Of a stretch of 64,000 bases of DNA, positions 31,898 to 42,368 are shown one piece after another; within the stretch, counting starts at the first letter, position 1, and each line of letters begins with the position of its first letter. A program made the position numbers and the translations under genes. The notes below the pieces were generated by a model. The model did no database searches, was not told where the DNA came from, and saw only the letters and a program-made list of their open reading frames with translations. Source of the stretch: an uncultured delta proteobacterium (GTDB lineage Bacteria > Myxococcota_A > Polyangia > Fen-1088); the NCBI GenBank assembly GCA_963737265.1, contig CAVTRY010000014.1, forward strand, positions 64,001 to 128,000. The letters are read 5' to 3'.

Positions 31898-33558
31898 AGT
31901 GCAGGCCCGAGAATCGTGAACCGGTCTTCTGCCCCCTTGAACATGCGAAAAACAGCGCCGTCGTCCTGAAAATAGGCTGCGAAGGACCGTGACGTGCCCT
32001 CTTCGAGTATGTGAAGAACGCCGCCGATCCCAGGTGTGACGAGACCTTCAACCCGGCGATTCGCATGCGTGAAGTTAAAGCCGCTAATCTTCAGGTACTT
32101 GTCGTTCCATGATACCAAGGTCGTCGTCTCTCGCTGGGATCTTCGCTCCCGAAGTAGGCGGTAATAGGCTGACGAAAACCCCGGTCGCTGAGATGCCCTG
32201 AGCGCGGCCATCTTCCTGTAGTTCAGGTACCCGTCGCCATTCTCGACGTAGTTGTCTTTGAATTCCCGGCACAGGTATCCCTTCACGTTGGGATTGTCTT
32301 CGACCTGCATGGCGTAAATATCGCCGCGCTTAACGAAGGAAGCCCCCGCCCCGGGCGCCGCCGCCCAGACGTCGATATCGAAAAACGACACCACGGCAAC
32401 CGGATACCCGCTGAGAAGCTCATCCTCGAACTTCCACTTCGCCATCGCCAAGGTCAGGTTCTCGTCGATGCGTTGCTCGACCTCGGGATGATGGGTCGGC
32501 TTGTAGGCCGTCTGGACCAAGAAGAAGCTGTCCCTCGGGGCCTTGGCGCGCAGGCGAACCAGCGACTCGCGAGCGATGCTTTGCATGTGCGTGGTGGCGC
32601 GGCAGCCCCAGATGTGCCAGCGCGCGGATGCCTCGATGGCATTGGCCAAATCCGGCCATCTGCCGGTGTTGGCGGGCAGAAAATCCTTGGGGCGGGCATC
32701 GAAGTCGGCGGGATCACGGGCGCCGTGAGTGTTAGTCAAATCGTCGGTGTTGTACAAAATAGGGCCGCCCGGATACGAGTGGCTAAAGATGCCCACCTCT
32801 CTGACCGAGAATCGGTTCCGCTTCGCCACGCTGTCTAGGTAGGCGTACAGGTTCGTGATCGAAACATCCCCTGGCGCCGGCTTGGCGTTGGGTCGCTTGG
32901 CTCGCACGTTTGCGCGGGTTTCATCGAGAATCGAATGAAATACCCGCAGCCATTTACCCCCGCGGGCACGGACGAAAGTCGAGTGAGACACCCGGCGACA
33001 GGACAGAAGCGTGATCGGCGTGCCGGGATTCAGTCGTCCCGCGCCCCACAGCGTTTCCAGTCGGCCCAGCGCGAACAAGTCGAAGTCAGTCCCCGGCGGG
33101 TATTCATGGGTGTGCAGATTTTCGACGTCGCTCTCGTAGTCCACCCCGGCGATGAACACGACCTCCGATGCGTCGTACATCGACACCTGGAAAACGATTC
33201 TGACCACGACGATGGTTCCCTTGACCGTCAGCCGCTCAAGATGCGGGACGACGGTCAGTGCGAGCCCGCCCTCGGGCGATGCGGCGAACTCACCCGACGG
33301 AAGCTTCTTCAAGGCAAGAGGCTGAACCACTGGCGACTTGCCTTCCGCGCGAACCACAAGACGCCACGAACCCTCGGTCGCGGCGAGCGCGCCTTTTTCC
33401 TGGTAGCTGCCTGCGGCGCCGTGGCCGTGGGTGGGCGGCACTTCGGCGAATTGAAAGTGGGTGTGCTGCTTGGGATCGAAGGCAAAGAGCGCGACCTTGG
33501 CGCCGCTAATCGCGGCTCCTGAGGCGTCCCGAATCTGAACTATCCACTCTTGCTTCAC
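31894..33558 (-). CDS. Hypothetical protein: N-terminal carboxypeptidase-regulatory-like beta domain plus putative His/Cys catalytic domain
   Basis: VQIRDASGAAISGAKV start; VGIFSHSYPGGPIL and WHIWGC motifs. Confidence 0.7.
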   Translation of the reverse strand: MKQEWIVQIRDASGAAISGAKVALFAFDPKQHTHFQFAEVPPTHGHGAAGSYQEKGALAATEGSWRLVVRAEGKSPVVQPLALKKLPSGEFAASPEGGLALTVVPHLERLTVKGTIVVVRIVFQVSMYDASEVVFIAGVDYESDVENLHTHEYPPGTDFDLFALGRLETLWGAGRLNPGTPITLLSCRRVSHSTFVRARGGKWLRVFHSILDETRANVRAKRPNAKPAPGDVSITNLYAYLDSVAKRNRFSVREVGIFSHSYPGGPILYNTDDLTNTHGARDPADFDARPKDFLPANTGRWPDLANAIEASARWHIWGCRATTHMQSIARESLVRLRAKAPRDSFFLVQTAYKPTHHPEVEQRIDENLTLAMAKWKFEDELLSGYPVAVVSFFDIDVWAAAPGAGASFVKRGDIYAMQVEDNPNVKGYLCREFKDNYVENGDGYLNYRKMAALRASQRPGFSSAYYRLLRERRSQRETTTLVSWNDKYLKISGFNFTHANRRVEGLVTPGIGGVLHILEEGTSRSFAAYFQDDGAVFRMFKGAEDRFTILGPAL

Positions 33559-33625
33559 GTCGGCACCCAGTCATTTGATGGCTCACCTGATGGCTCACCG
33601 AACTTCTCCGGGTCTGGATCGGGTT

Positions 33626-34057
33626 CTAGGGAGGTTCTAGGGTAGCAATGACCTCGATGCCCTGGTCTTGCTGCACCTCGGGTTTATCCGCGGGCTTTAT
33701 CAACACAGCGAGGGCATTCAAGTCGCGGTCGCGGGCGATCACCTTGTTCTTCCACAATGGCACGTCGCGACCGTCGGTCGAGACCTGCAAGCTCGTAGGA
33801 TCGTTTTCGTTCAACCAGCGAAAGGCGACCCGGACCCGGCCGTCGTCGTGAGCTCCATTTCGGATCTCCTGGCGCTGCACGTCCCCTGTTACTGTCAGGC
33901 CCAAGGTGAGATCGTCGGGCAATTCCGCGGCCACGCTCTCGTCCCACTCCAGCTCAAGCAATACCTGCGGTCGCAGGATGATTATCTTGTGGTGCTCGCC
34001 GGTCTCAAGCTGGATACCGGCCCGCATTTGCTCGATCGTTACTCGGTGTATCTTCAT
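33626..34057 (-). CDS. Hypothetical protein
   Basis: 143 aa ORF with GGTGAG RBS; same strand as the two downstream genes. Confidence 0.65.
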   Translation of the reverse strand: MKIHRVTIEQMRAGIQLETGEHHKIIILRPQVLLELEWDESVAAELPDDLTLGLTVTGDVQRQEIRNGAHDDGRVRVAFRWLNENDPTSLQVSTDGRDVPLWKNKVIARDRDLNALAVLIKPADKPEVQQDQGIEVIATLEPP

Positions 34058-34173
34058 GGCTCACCCACTGGACAACTTCCGACTCTGGCGCGTGACCCTA
34101 TCACGCACACTATCGCCCAGCACGGCTCTTCGGGATGCGGTTCCTGAAGGCCGGTTTCGCCCGACAAGGGCCT

Positions 34174-34360
34174 ATGTCCACGGTGCCTGCCTCGCCCGAA
34201 ACCCGCGCCAGGCTCAAGGCCTTGGCCGAGCAGTCAGTGCCACGCGATGAATGGCGTCGTCGGTTGGCTATCCCGTTGTTGCCAGAAGAAATCGAGCATA
34301 CCCAGGCCCCTGGTACGCTGGGGTTCCGCCGGCGTTACCCCACGGTCGGAGAGTCGCAGG
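34174..34360 (+). pseudogene. Truncated small protein fragment
   Basis: MSTVPASPETRARLKALAEQSV...EEIEHT...RRRYPT with frame breaks and no proper end. Confidence 0.35.
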
Positions 34361-34376
34361 ACCTTCCGGCCGGCTG

Positions 34377-34590
34377 CTACTGGACGTTGGCGCAGAACTG
34401 CTTGACTTGAAGTCCGTCGCCGCCGCCCCAGACCTCGAAGCCGGCGAAGATGATGCTGAGGTACATGCTGGGGGGTGATGCCGTACTTGTTCCTGACGGC
34501 GTCTTGGATAAAGGCATTGAGGTCGAAGCTTAGCTGCGCTAGCAGTGCGCCGCTGACCACATAGGATATACACGGTTCGAGGCGGCAGCT
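34377..34590 (-). pseudogene. C-terminal fragment of a GH12-like glycoside hydrolase
   Basis: PCISYV...LSFDLNAFIQDAV...MYLSIIFAGFEVWGGGDGLQVKQFCANVQ* across one frameshift at the G6 run near 34470; no N-terminus. Confidence 0.6.
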
Positions 34591-34718
34591 CTAAGAATTC
34601 CATCGCACGCACCTATGGCACGTTTGGACGATGGCGCAGCGGCGATTGGCCAAAGAGAAGGTCCGGAACAGCCTTGAGGCCGTCCGGTGCGCGAACCGGC
34701 CCTCGGCTACTTCCTCAT

Positions 34719-35819
34719 CTATTCCTTGGCGCTGAACTGCTCCTCCTTCTCGTCGGGCTTGGCGGCGGCGCCGAACTTGCCGGCCAGGTAGGCCTTGGCC
34801 ATGTCGTCGAGCGACACGACGGGAACCTTGGCGGCGTGGCCGGCCTGGCCGAACTGCTTCATGCGCTCTTCGCACACCTTCTGCATGGCAGCGCGCGCCG
34901 GGGTCAGGTAGTAGCGCGGGTCAAACTCGGCTGGCTTCTCGGCGAACGCCTTGCGGATGGCGCCGGTAATGGCCAGGCGGTTGTCGGTGTCGACGTTGAT
35001 CTTGCGCACGCCAGCGCGGATGCCGCGCTGGATTTCCTCGACCGGCACGCCGTAGGTTTCCTTCATGGCGCCGCCGTGCTTGTTGATGATGGCGCAAAGC
35101 TCGGCTGGCACCGAGCTGGAGCCGTGCATGACCAGGTGGCAGCCCGGCAGCTTGGTGTGGATTTGCTCGATGCGCTTCATCGCCAGCACGTCGCCGGTGG
35201 GCTTGCGCGAGAACTTGTAGGCGCCGTGACTGGTGCCGACCGCGACCGCCAACGCGTCGAGGCCGGTGCGGCCGACGAAGTCGACGGCCTGATCGGGGTC
35301 GGTGAGGAGCTGGTCGAGCGACATCTTGCCCTCGGCGCCGTGCCCATCTTCTTTGTCGCCCATGCCGCTCTCGAGCGAACCCAGGCAGCCGAGCTCGCCT
35401 TCCACCGACACGCCAAAGCGGTGGGCAATGTTTACCACCTCGCGCGTCACCGCCACGTTGTATTCGTAAGCGGCCGGCGTCTTGCCGTCGGCTTCGAGCG
35501 AGCCATCCATCATGACGCTGGTGAAGCCGTAGCGGATCGCGCTCACGCAGGTCTCAACCGAGTTGCCGTGGTCCTGGTGCATGACGATAGGAAGCTCGGG
35601 GTAAAGCTCGGACGCGGCCAGCATCAGGTGGCGCAGAAAGTTGTCGTTGGTGTACTTGCGGGCGCCGCGCGAGGCCTGGACGATGACCGGGCTTTGCGTC
35701 GCGCGCGCGGCTTCCATGATTGCCTGGATCTGCTCCATGTTGTTGACGTTCAGGGCGGCGACCCCATAGCCATTCTGGGCGGCGTGATCGAGGAGGGGAC
35801 GAAGTGGAATCAGCGGCAT
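34719..35819 (-). CDS. fba: Class II fructose-bisphosphate aldolase
   Basis: [46 protein letters not shown]. Confidence 0.97.
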   Translation of the reverse strand: MPLIPLRPLLDHAAQNGYGVAALNVNNMEQIQAIMEAARATQSPVIVQASRGARKYTNDNFLRHLMLAASELYPELPIVMHQDHGNSVETCVSAIRYGFTSVMMDGSLEADGKTPAAYEYNVAVTREVVNIAHRFGVSVEGELGCLGSLESGMGDKEDGHGAEGKMSLDQLLTDPDQAVDFVGRTGLDALAVAVGTSHGAYKFSRKPTGDVLAMKRIEQIHTKLPGCHLVMHGSSSVPAELCAIINKHGGAMKETYGVPVEEIQRGIRAGVRKINVDTDNRLAITGAIRKAFAEKPAEFDPRYYLTPARAAMQKVCEERMKQFGQAGHAAKVPVVSLDDMAKAYLAGKFGAAAKPDEKEEQFSAKE

Positions 35820-36200
35820 AGAAGGAGCTCCAATCGATGAATTGGTTGGGTTGAATCCGAGACGAGCGCCTTGGTCCTACAACACGGATCGGGCGGTCGG
35901 TAGGCAGAAATGCGTCGAGAGTTTGGTTGGGCTTTGGGCAAGAGCCGCGACGTCGATACCGGCGTTGCAATTCCAGCTCGGCTTCTTCGTCTTGAAACCC
36001 AGGTGGGGTAGATTGTGCCGCGTGAAGAATCCCGAACGGGGCAACGACGACAAGTTCCAAGCCTGGCTGGCGCGCCACCCAGGCACCGACCAACCGCTCG
36101 GAACCTTGGTGTCGAGAGATACGGTCGGCCGGGTTGCCCCATTTCTCGCGCAAAGTCCGGCGGCCAAGCGACGCGCGCGAAAGTCGAAAGATCAAGCGCT

Positions 36201-36560
36201 GTGATCGCAACAACCTGGTTGAAGTCGCCCGTGTTCGTGGTGGTGGCGACGCAATCGCTGTTCACCATCGGCGATCTCATGGCGCGCGCGAATATGCGCA
36301 AGCACGGGTTCACCGCGGCCGCGTTTCTGAACCTCGGTTTTCTGGCCTATTTCCTCATTCGGCAAGTCGCCATGTTCGGCCAGCTCTACGTTCTTGCCAC
36401 CGTGCCCATCGGCAAGACCATGGCGCTCTTCGGTGCCGTTTCCATCATTTTCGCCAACCTGCTCGGCGTCTTGCTCCTCGGCGACCTGCTGTCGCTGCGT
36501 TCCTACGCCGGCGTCGCCCTGGCTGTGCTCGCGTTCACGGTTATGAGCTTCGCGAAGTAA
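36201..36560 (+). CDS. Small 4-TM membrane protein (DMT/SMR-like)
   Basis: 119 aa, four hydrophobic helices, GVLLLGD.LS motif. Confidence 0.7.
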   Translation: MIATTWLKSPVFVVVATQSLFTIGDLMARANMRKHGFTAAAFLNLGFLAYFLIRQVAMFGQLYVLATVPIGKTMALFGAVSIIFANLLGVLLLGDLLSLRSYAGVALAVLAFTVMSFAK

Positions 36561-36706
36561 ACCTCCCTAGCCGTGTGACGGTGGCATTCGGAGTCTTGCC
36601 GCCGACGAATTCGACCTGATCGATGTCCCTTCGTCTGTCTTGGAACGTGGGGTATCATCGCCGCGTTAGCGATTTTCCGCACATTCGCAGGCTCCCACGC
36701 GCCAAT

Positions 36707-36967
36707 ATGTCCACTCGATTTTTCACCAACCTCGGCAGCAACACACTCCTTGCCAAGCTTGAAGGCGTCTTTCACCACAACCCGGACATCGAGTGGTTCG
36801 ACGCCCTGGTCGGCTACCTGCGAGCGTCCGGCTATTTTGCGTTGCGCCCGCACCTTGAAAAGGTGCCACACGTGCGCATTCTCGTCGGAATCGATGTCGA
36901 TGAAATCGTCGCGGACTACCACAAGCGGGGACTCCTTTTCCTCGCCGACCCGGCCAGGCCGCCTTGA
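36707..36967 (+). pseudogene. N-terminal fragment of a PLD-domain/SNF2-type helicase
   Basis: MSTRFFTN...FDALVGYLRASGYF...VRILVGIDVD; stops after about 86 aa. Confidence 0.6.
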
Positions 36968-37605
36968 ACGATGAAGAGCTTGCGCTCAAGGACAGCTCGC
37001 TCAGCGTCTATCTGACCGAAGCGGTGAAGCAGGGTCTGGTTCACGACGCCGGGCGAGGGTGGTACTCGCGCCTCGCCGATCGCGTGGCGCTGGATCCCAA
37101 GCCCGTTGCCAGGCTGGTTCGCGCGGTCGAAAAGGCGTTCCCATTGCTCGACTTCACCGTCTGGAGCACGGCGCAGGTGAACCCGTGGATGCACCACTTG
37201 CTCGCGCAGCCCGTGGCGTTTCTGCACGCCCCGGCGGACACGCTGGAATCCATCGGAGAAGCACTGGTCGAGTTGAAATGGAACGTGGGGATCAATCCAC
37301 CGCCCAGCACCGCCGCCAAGAGCGTCGAGCCGAGCGAGAAGACCGTCGTCCTGCGCCCCACGCTGTCGAAACAGCCCATCGCTGAGGGTCGTCAGGCGCC
37401 GATCGAGAAGATTCTGGTGGACCTGATCGTGGAGGCCCCGCTGCTTTCGTTGATGGACAGTTCCGAGGCGCAAGCCGTTGTCCGGAACGTGCTTGACGTG
37501 CATCTAGCTAATATTGCTGCCATCCAACGCTATGCCGACTCGCGTCGCGTTGCCTTCGAAGCGATTAACCAACGCCACTCAATCGCCTCTAGTGGCGTTA
37601 GTTAA
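36964..37605 (+). CDS. AbiEi-like antitoxin (DUF6577-like), probably 5'-truncated
   Basis: wHTH end GLVHDAGRGWYS, VWST, IEKILVDL; directly upstream of AbiEii. Confidence 0.7.
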   Translation: MNDEELALKDSSLSVYLTEAVKQGLVHDAGRGWYSRLADRVALDPKPVARLVRAVEKAFPLLDFTVWSTAQVNPWMHHLLAQPVAFLHAPADTLESIGEALVELKWNVGINPPPSTAAKSVEPSEKTVVLRPTLSKQPIAEGRQAPIEKILVDLIVEAPLLSLMDSSEAQAVVRNVLDVHLANIAAIQRYADSRRVAFEAINQRHSIASSGVS

Positions 37606-37610
37606 TCGCT

Positions 37611-38728
37611 GTGTTTCAAGCCCAAGCCTTCACCGTCGAGTGGATCCGCGCCCAAGTGCAGGACGCTGGGAAATTGCGACCCCGGGATCCTTGAAAAGTG
37701 CGTTCACGCCCTGACCTTGCTCGGTCATCTGGCCGAAAGCGGCCTGCCGTTTCTTTTCAAGGGCGGCACCAGCCTACTCCTGCACCTGCCCGAACCACGT
37801 CGCCTCTCGCGCGACATCGACATCGTGTGTGGCCAGCCAACGCACGAGGTCGACACCGTGGTGGTGCGGATCGGTGGGCGGGCTCCATTTCTGCGCTGGG
37901 CGGAAGACCCGCGCGGGGGCGCGCGGCTGCCACGGCGGCGGCACTTCAAATTCTTCTACCGATCCGCGCTGCCGGGGAATCCCGAGACCGAGGTCTTGCT
38001 CGATGTGGTCGAGGAATCGCGCGAAACCCATGAGGTCGTGAGCCTTCCCATCCGCACCAGCTTTCTGCGGCCAGAGCGAGAAGTGGCTCGTGCGCATCCC
38101 GACCATCGAAAGCCTGCTCGGCGACAAGTTGACCGCGTTCGCCCCATCCACGACCGGAATACCACTGCGCAACGCCGATGGGTCGGAGGCCGACGTGCAG
38201 CAGGTTGCCAAGCAGCTTTTCGACGTCGGTGCGCTGTTCGATGCAGCCAGCGACTTCGTCGTAGCGGACAAGGTTCACGCCGCTGTGTGCGCTCTCGACG
38301 CAGAGTACCGAGAATCGCGGCCGACACGCGAGCAAGCCCTCGACGACACATGGCGAGCCTGCCTTGCGATGACGGCGACCAAGCCAGCGATTTGCGCGGG
38401 GTATCCAGATGGGCCGCTGCTACACGCAGGGCTCGACCGCATGAGAGGGCACCTTATCGAACCGAAATATGTGGCGGGCCAGGCCGCTCGTCAGAAATTG
38501 GCCGCGAAAGCGGCGGTGCTGGTGGCCCACATGCGCTCAGGCGCCATGTTCGACTTTGCGGCCAATCGGTACACCGGCAGCTCTACCCAGTTGGATGCCG
38601 TGCGGGCAGCAACTCTCAACGGCACCGATCTCGCTTGGCTCGACAAGATGAAGACGGTTAACCCTGAAGCGTTTCATTACTGGCATCGGGCCGTGCTTGT
38701 ATTCAAGGCAACGAGTTTTGGCAAATAG
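37611..38728 (+). CDS. AbiEii/AbiGii nucleotidyltransferase toxin, frameshifts near 37662 and 38086
   Basis: LEKCVHALTLL, FKGGTSL...RLSRDIDI, LLGDKLTAFAP, KQLFDV. Confidence 0.85.
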
Positions 38729-38733
38729 ATGCA

Positions 38734-39402
38734 TCACTTGTGGCTGGCCATCCCCACATACACGACATGAACTCGTCCACCTTGGCCGCTCCGGTGGCGC
38801 TGGACGGAGAAGCCGGCGGCGGCGAGTCGGTCCTCGAAGGCGCGGTCGCGCTCTTCGGACCAGACGGCAAAGGCGCCGCCGGGCCGCAGCGCCGACGACG
38901 TGCGCGCGAGAGCGTCGGCGCCATACAGCGGATCGCGGGCGCTGTTGGTCGCGGCGTGCGGGCCCTCGTAGAGATCGAGGACGATGGCGTCGAAGTGGCC
39001 GGCGGGCGCGCGCGCGATCGCCTGCGCCACATCGGCCACGACGATCTTCACGCGCGGATCCTCGACCGCTTTCCGGGTCAGGAAGGCGAGCGGTCCGCGG
39101 TTCCACTCGACGAGCGGGCGGTTCAGATCCACCACTGTGAGCCGCGCGCCGGCCGGCAAACGGTCGAGGGCCGTGCGCAGGGTGAAGCCCATGCCGAGAC
39201 CGCCCAGTAGCACCTTCGGTCGCGGCTTGTCGGCCAGTGCGGCACAGGCGAGGCTGGCAAGCTCGTCTTCCGAGCGGTGCGCGGCGCTGGTCATGAGAAT
39301 CCGGCCGGCGATGGTGATGAGGAAATCTCGGTCGCCGCGACGGCGCAGTTCCATGATGCCTTCGCGGGTCTGCACGCTTTCGATGATTTGCCAGGGGAGC
39401 AC
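38734..39402 (-). CDS. Spermidine synthase-like SAM-dependent methyltransferase
   Basis: LMTS...SEDELA, VLLGGLGMGFTL, FDAIVLDLYEGP. Confidence 0.85.
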   Translation of the reverse strand: MLPWQIIESVQTREGIMELRRRGDRDFLITIAGRILMTSAAHRSEDELASLACAALADKPRPKVLLGGLGMGFTLRTALDRLPAGARLTVVDLNRPLVEWNRGPLAFLTRKAVEDPRVKIVVADVAQAIARAPAGHFDAIVLDLYEGPHAATNSARDPLYGADALARTSSALRPGGAFAVWSEERDRAFEDRLAAAGFSVQRHRSGQGGRVHVVYVGMASHK

Positions 39403-39502
39403 GGCCGTGACTCTACCTGACCGGCGAGCACCGAAGCACGGATCTCTCGCGGACGCACGCATGGGTTTGATCCGGAGCCGTTCCCTGGTAGCAGTAGGGG
39501 CG

Positions 39503-42292
39503 ATGTCGTCTCCCAAAATGTCCGCGGTCGTGTTTCGTGCCGCGGTATTCGCCGGACTTCTGGTCGGTATCGTCGATGGCGTGCGCGCCGCTGCGCTCGG
39601 GCACCTGCGCGTCCTTGGGCTGCTCGCCTGTTTGATTCTGACCGCCGGTTGCGATGTGCTGGCGGCGGCAGCGGGTGGCGCGGTCCTGGCGTTGCTGCTA
39701 GGAATAGCGGGTTGGGGACGGAAGACGAAGGCCGGCGCGCTCGGCGCCGTTGCCGGTTGGCTAGTCGCGGGGGGCGCGGCTGCCACCGCGGTCGCGGCGG
39801 CAGTTCAAGGAACCGCCGTGCGCAACAACCGTTTCCTCGCCGCGGGCGTGGTGGTGTTGGCTTCGCTGGTTGCGGCGCTGGCGGCTTGTTTCTTGGGGCC
39901 GGCGCTGGTCCGCCTGTGCCACCGTTTTCTTCACCTCCGGGCGAAGGCCGAGCTCCAGGATGCACACCTGAGCGCGGCCGGAATTCTCGTGCTTGCTCCG
40001 TTGGTAGCCGTCGCCGTGGAAGCCACCGTGTTTTTCGTCGTGTGGCGCACGCGCGCGCCCTTGCGCCAGGACGTCCTACTTGCACGAGAGGCTTGGGCCG
40101 CGTGTCTGACCACGCCTCTTCCGTTCTTGCTTTCCTGGACCAGCGCTCGCTTTTCCCGCGTGCGCTGGTGGCAAGGCGCGCTGGTCGCAGCCATTCTCTT
40201 CGGCGCACCAACCGCCTCTCTCGTTCGCTTGCGCTGGGCGCAGGATTTTCAGTTCTTGCCTTGGCCGATCGTGGTCGCTGTCGCCAGCATGGCCATCGTC
40301 ACCGCTGGCCTCTCGGTTCTTCTTCGCGACCGCACGCCAAGCCGAAAGTGGAATCTCATTGTGGTTGCCGGCCTGCCAATTTTCGCCCTCATCGCGCTCT
40401 TCACTGCATCGGAATACGAACCCGCGCGCAAGGCGGCTTCGGCGCGGGCCGGTCTCGTCGGCGACTTCCTTGCCAACGGCCAGCGCTTGTTCGACTTCGA
40501 CCACGACGGCTATGCACGCTTTCTCGGCGGCGGCGACTGCGACGACCGCGATCCCGGACGCAACCCCGGCGCCACCGATTGGCCCGACGACGGAATCGAC
40601 CAGGACTGCGACGGCAAGGACGCCACCGCCGCGGTCCTGCGCTCGCCGCCGTTCGAGCCCGTGCCCAACGCGGTTCCCGCCGATTTGAAGATCCTTCTTG
40701 TCACCATTGATACCCTGCGCGCGGATCACTTGGGTTGCTACGGTTATGCGCGGCCCACCTCGCCCAACCTCGATCGCTTGGCTGGCGAGGCAACGTTGTT
40801 CGTGAACGGCTGGGCCCACGCCCCGTCCACGCGCTATTCGATGCCCGCCATCGCCACCGGCCGCTGGCCGTCGGCTATCGAATGGGACGAATCGATCTGG
40901 TGGCCGCGCATCGCGCCCAGCCAGCGCATGATCGCCCAGTCTTTCAAGAGTCTCGGCTACACCACGGCGGCTTTCTACGCCTATCTCTACTTCAACCTCG
41001 CCGATAGGCGCGGCTACGAGCGCGGGGTCGACTACTACGACGACACCTGCGCGGCCTTGCATATGAACGTCAGCGGCCCGGCTGAGTCAGTTGGGACATC
41101 GGCCCGGCAGATGGCGGACAAGGGCATCGCCTTCCTGCGCGCGCACGGGCAGGAGAAATTCTTTCTGTGGATGCACTTCTACGATCCGCACCTCAACTAC
41201 GAGCGCCACGCCGAGGCGCCCAACTTCGGCGCTGCGCAGGCCGACCTCTACGACGGCGAAATCTGGTTCACCGATCAGCAATTCGGCCGAGTGCTCGACG
41301 AATTGCGCGCGCTTGGGCTGTGGGACAAGACCGCCATCATCGTGGTCGGCGACCACGGCGAGTCGTTGGGCGAGCACGGCATCGTGGCCCACGGCTACCA
41401 TTTGTATTCGCCCCACACCAAGGTGCCGTTCATCGTCCGCGTGCCAGGACTGCCGAGCCAGCGGCTGACCACGCCGGTCGGCCATGTCGACCTGGCCCCG
41501 ACCATGGTGAATCTGGCGCGCGGCCCGCACGAACCGTCTTTCCTCGGCCGCTCGCTCGTCGACCTCCTGGCCGGCAAGCCGGCGCCGCCCCCCCGAGGTC
41601 CCGTTTTTCAGGAGGTCAGCTACGAGGGCAACGTCAAGCGGCGGGCTCTGGTGACGGCGACCCATCACCTTATCTGGAACTGGACGCCAGACAACACCAC
41701 CGAATGCTACGACATCCTTCACGATCCCGGCGAGACGAAAGATCTCTGGGGTACAGCCGATGGCGAGCCCGTCTGTTCGCAATTGAAAGAAGACCTGCGC
41801 AGTCGGGTTGCCCTGCTGTCGCTCCCACCGGGCTACAGCGAAAAAGTTGCCTTCGGGTTCATTCCCGCGGGATCGCCCGTGCCGGCGCCTGCCCAGGCAA
41901 TCGATGCGCGCATCGGTTCCGCCCTGCACGTCTCGGGCTACGACCTTTCTTCGCAGACGGTTCGGCGCGGCGACAGCGTCGAGCTTGTCACGCACTTCGA
42001 GGTGCGCGGTGCCATCGAACCGGGCTGGAAGTTGTTCTTTCACATGGACGGCCCAGGCGGCTTCCGCAACCTCGACCACGTTCCTGTCGAAGGCGCCTAC
42101 CCCATGGAGCGCTGGCACCCTGGCCAGCGCATTCGCGACCGCCTGCACATCACATTTCCGCCGACGTCGCCCGCTGGCGTGTACTCGGTCTACGTCGGCC
42201 TTTTCAAGGGCGGCCAGCGTTTGCCCGTTAGCCCCGCCGGTACCAGCGACAGCCACGACCGGCTGCGTCTGGCGACGATATTGGTGCAGTAG
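39503..42292 (+). CDS. Multi-TM sulfatase/LTA-synthase-fold protein with Asp-Cys metal-binding motif and C-terminal beta-sandwich
   Basis: TIDTLRADH, HFYDPH, GDHGE, HVDLAPT; DCDD...NPGA...DGIDQDCDG. Start uncertain. Confidence 0.85.
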   Translation: MSSPKMSAVVFRAAVFAGLLVGIVDGVRAAALGHLRVLGLLACLILTAGCDVLAAAAGGAVLALLLGIAGWGRKTKAGALGAVAGWLVAGGAAATAVAAAVQGTAVRNNRFLAAGVVVLASLVAALAACFLGPALVRLCHRFLHLRAKAELQDAHLSAAGILVLAPLVAVAVEATVFFVVWRTRAPLRQDVLLAREAWAACLTTPLPFLLSWTSARFSRVRWWQGALVAAILFGAPTASLVRLRWAQDFQFLPWPIVVAVASMAIVTAGLSVLLRDRTPSRKWNLIVVAGLPIFALIALFTASEYEPARKAASARAGLVGDFLANGQRLFDFDHDGYARFLGGGDCDDRDPGRNPGATDWPDDGIDQDCDGKDATAAVLRSPPFEPVPNAVPADLKILLVTIDTLRADHLGCYGYARPTSPNLDRLAGEATLFVNGWAHAPSTRYSMPAIATGRWPSAIEWDESIWWPRIAPSQRMIAQSFKSLGYTTAAFYAYLYFNLADRRGYERGVDYYDDTCAALHMNVSGPAESVGTSARQMADKGIAFLRAHGQEKFFLWMHFYDPHLNYERHAEAPNFGAAQADLYDGEIWFTDQQFGRVLDELRALGLWDKTAIIVVGDHGESLGEHGIVAHGYHLYSPHTKVPFIVRVPGLPSQRLTTPVGHVDLAPTMVNLARGPHEPSFLGRSLVDLLAGKPAPPPRGPVFQEVSYEGNVKRRALVTATHHLIWNWTPDNTTECYDILHDPGETKDLWGTADGEPVCSQLKEDLRSRVALLSLPPGYSEKVAFGFIPAGSPVPAPAQAIDARIGSALHVSGYDLSSQTVRRGDSVELVTHFEVRGAIEPGWKLFFHMDGPGGFRNLDHVPVEGAYPMERWHPGQRIRDRLHITFPPTSPAGVYSVYVGLFKGGQRLPVSPAGTSDSHDRLRLATILVQ

Positions 42293-42368
42293 CCACCGGA
42301 GAACGCCCAGAAATCTATGGTTGACCGTCCACTTCCGCGCTAAAGCCCACGCTCGCACGAGAACAGCC

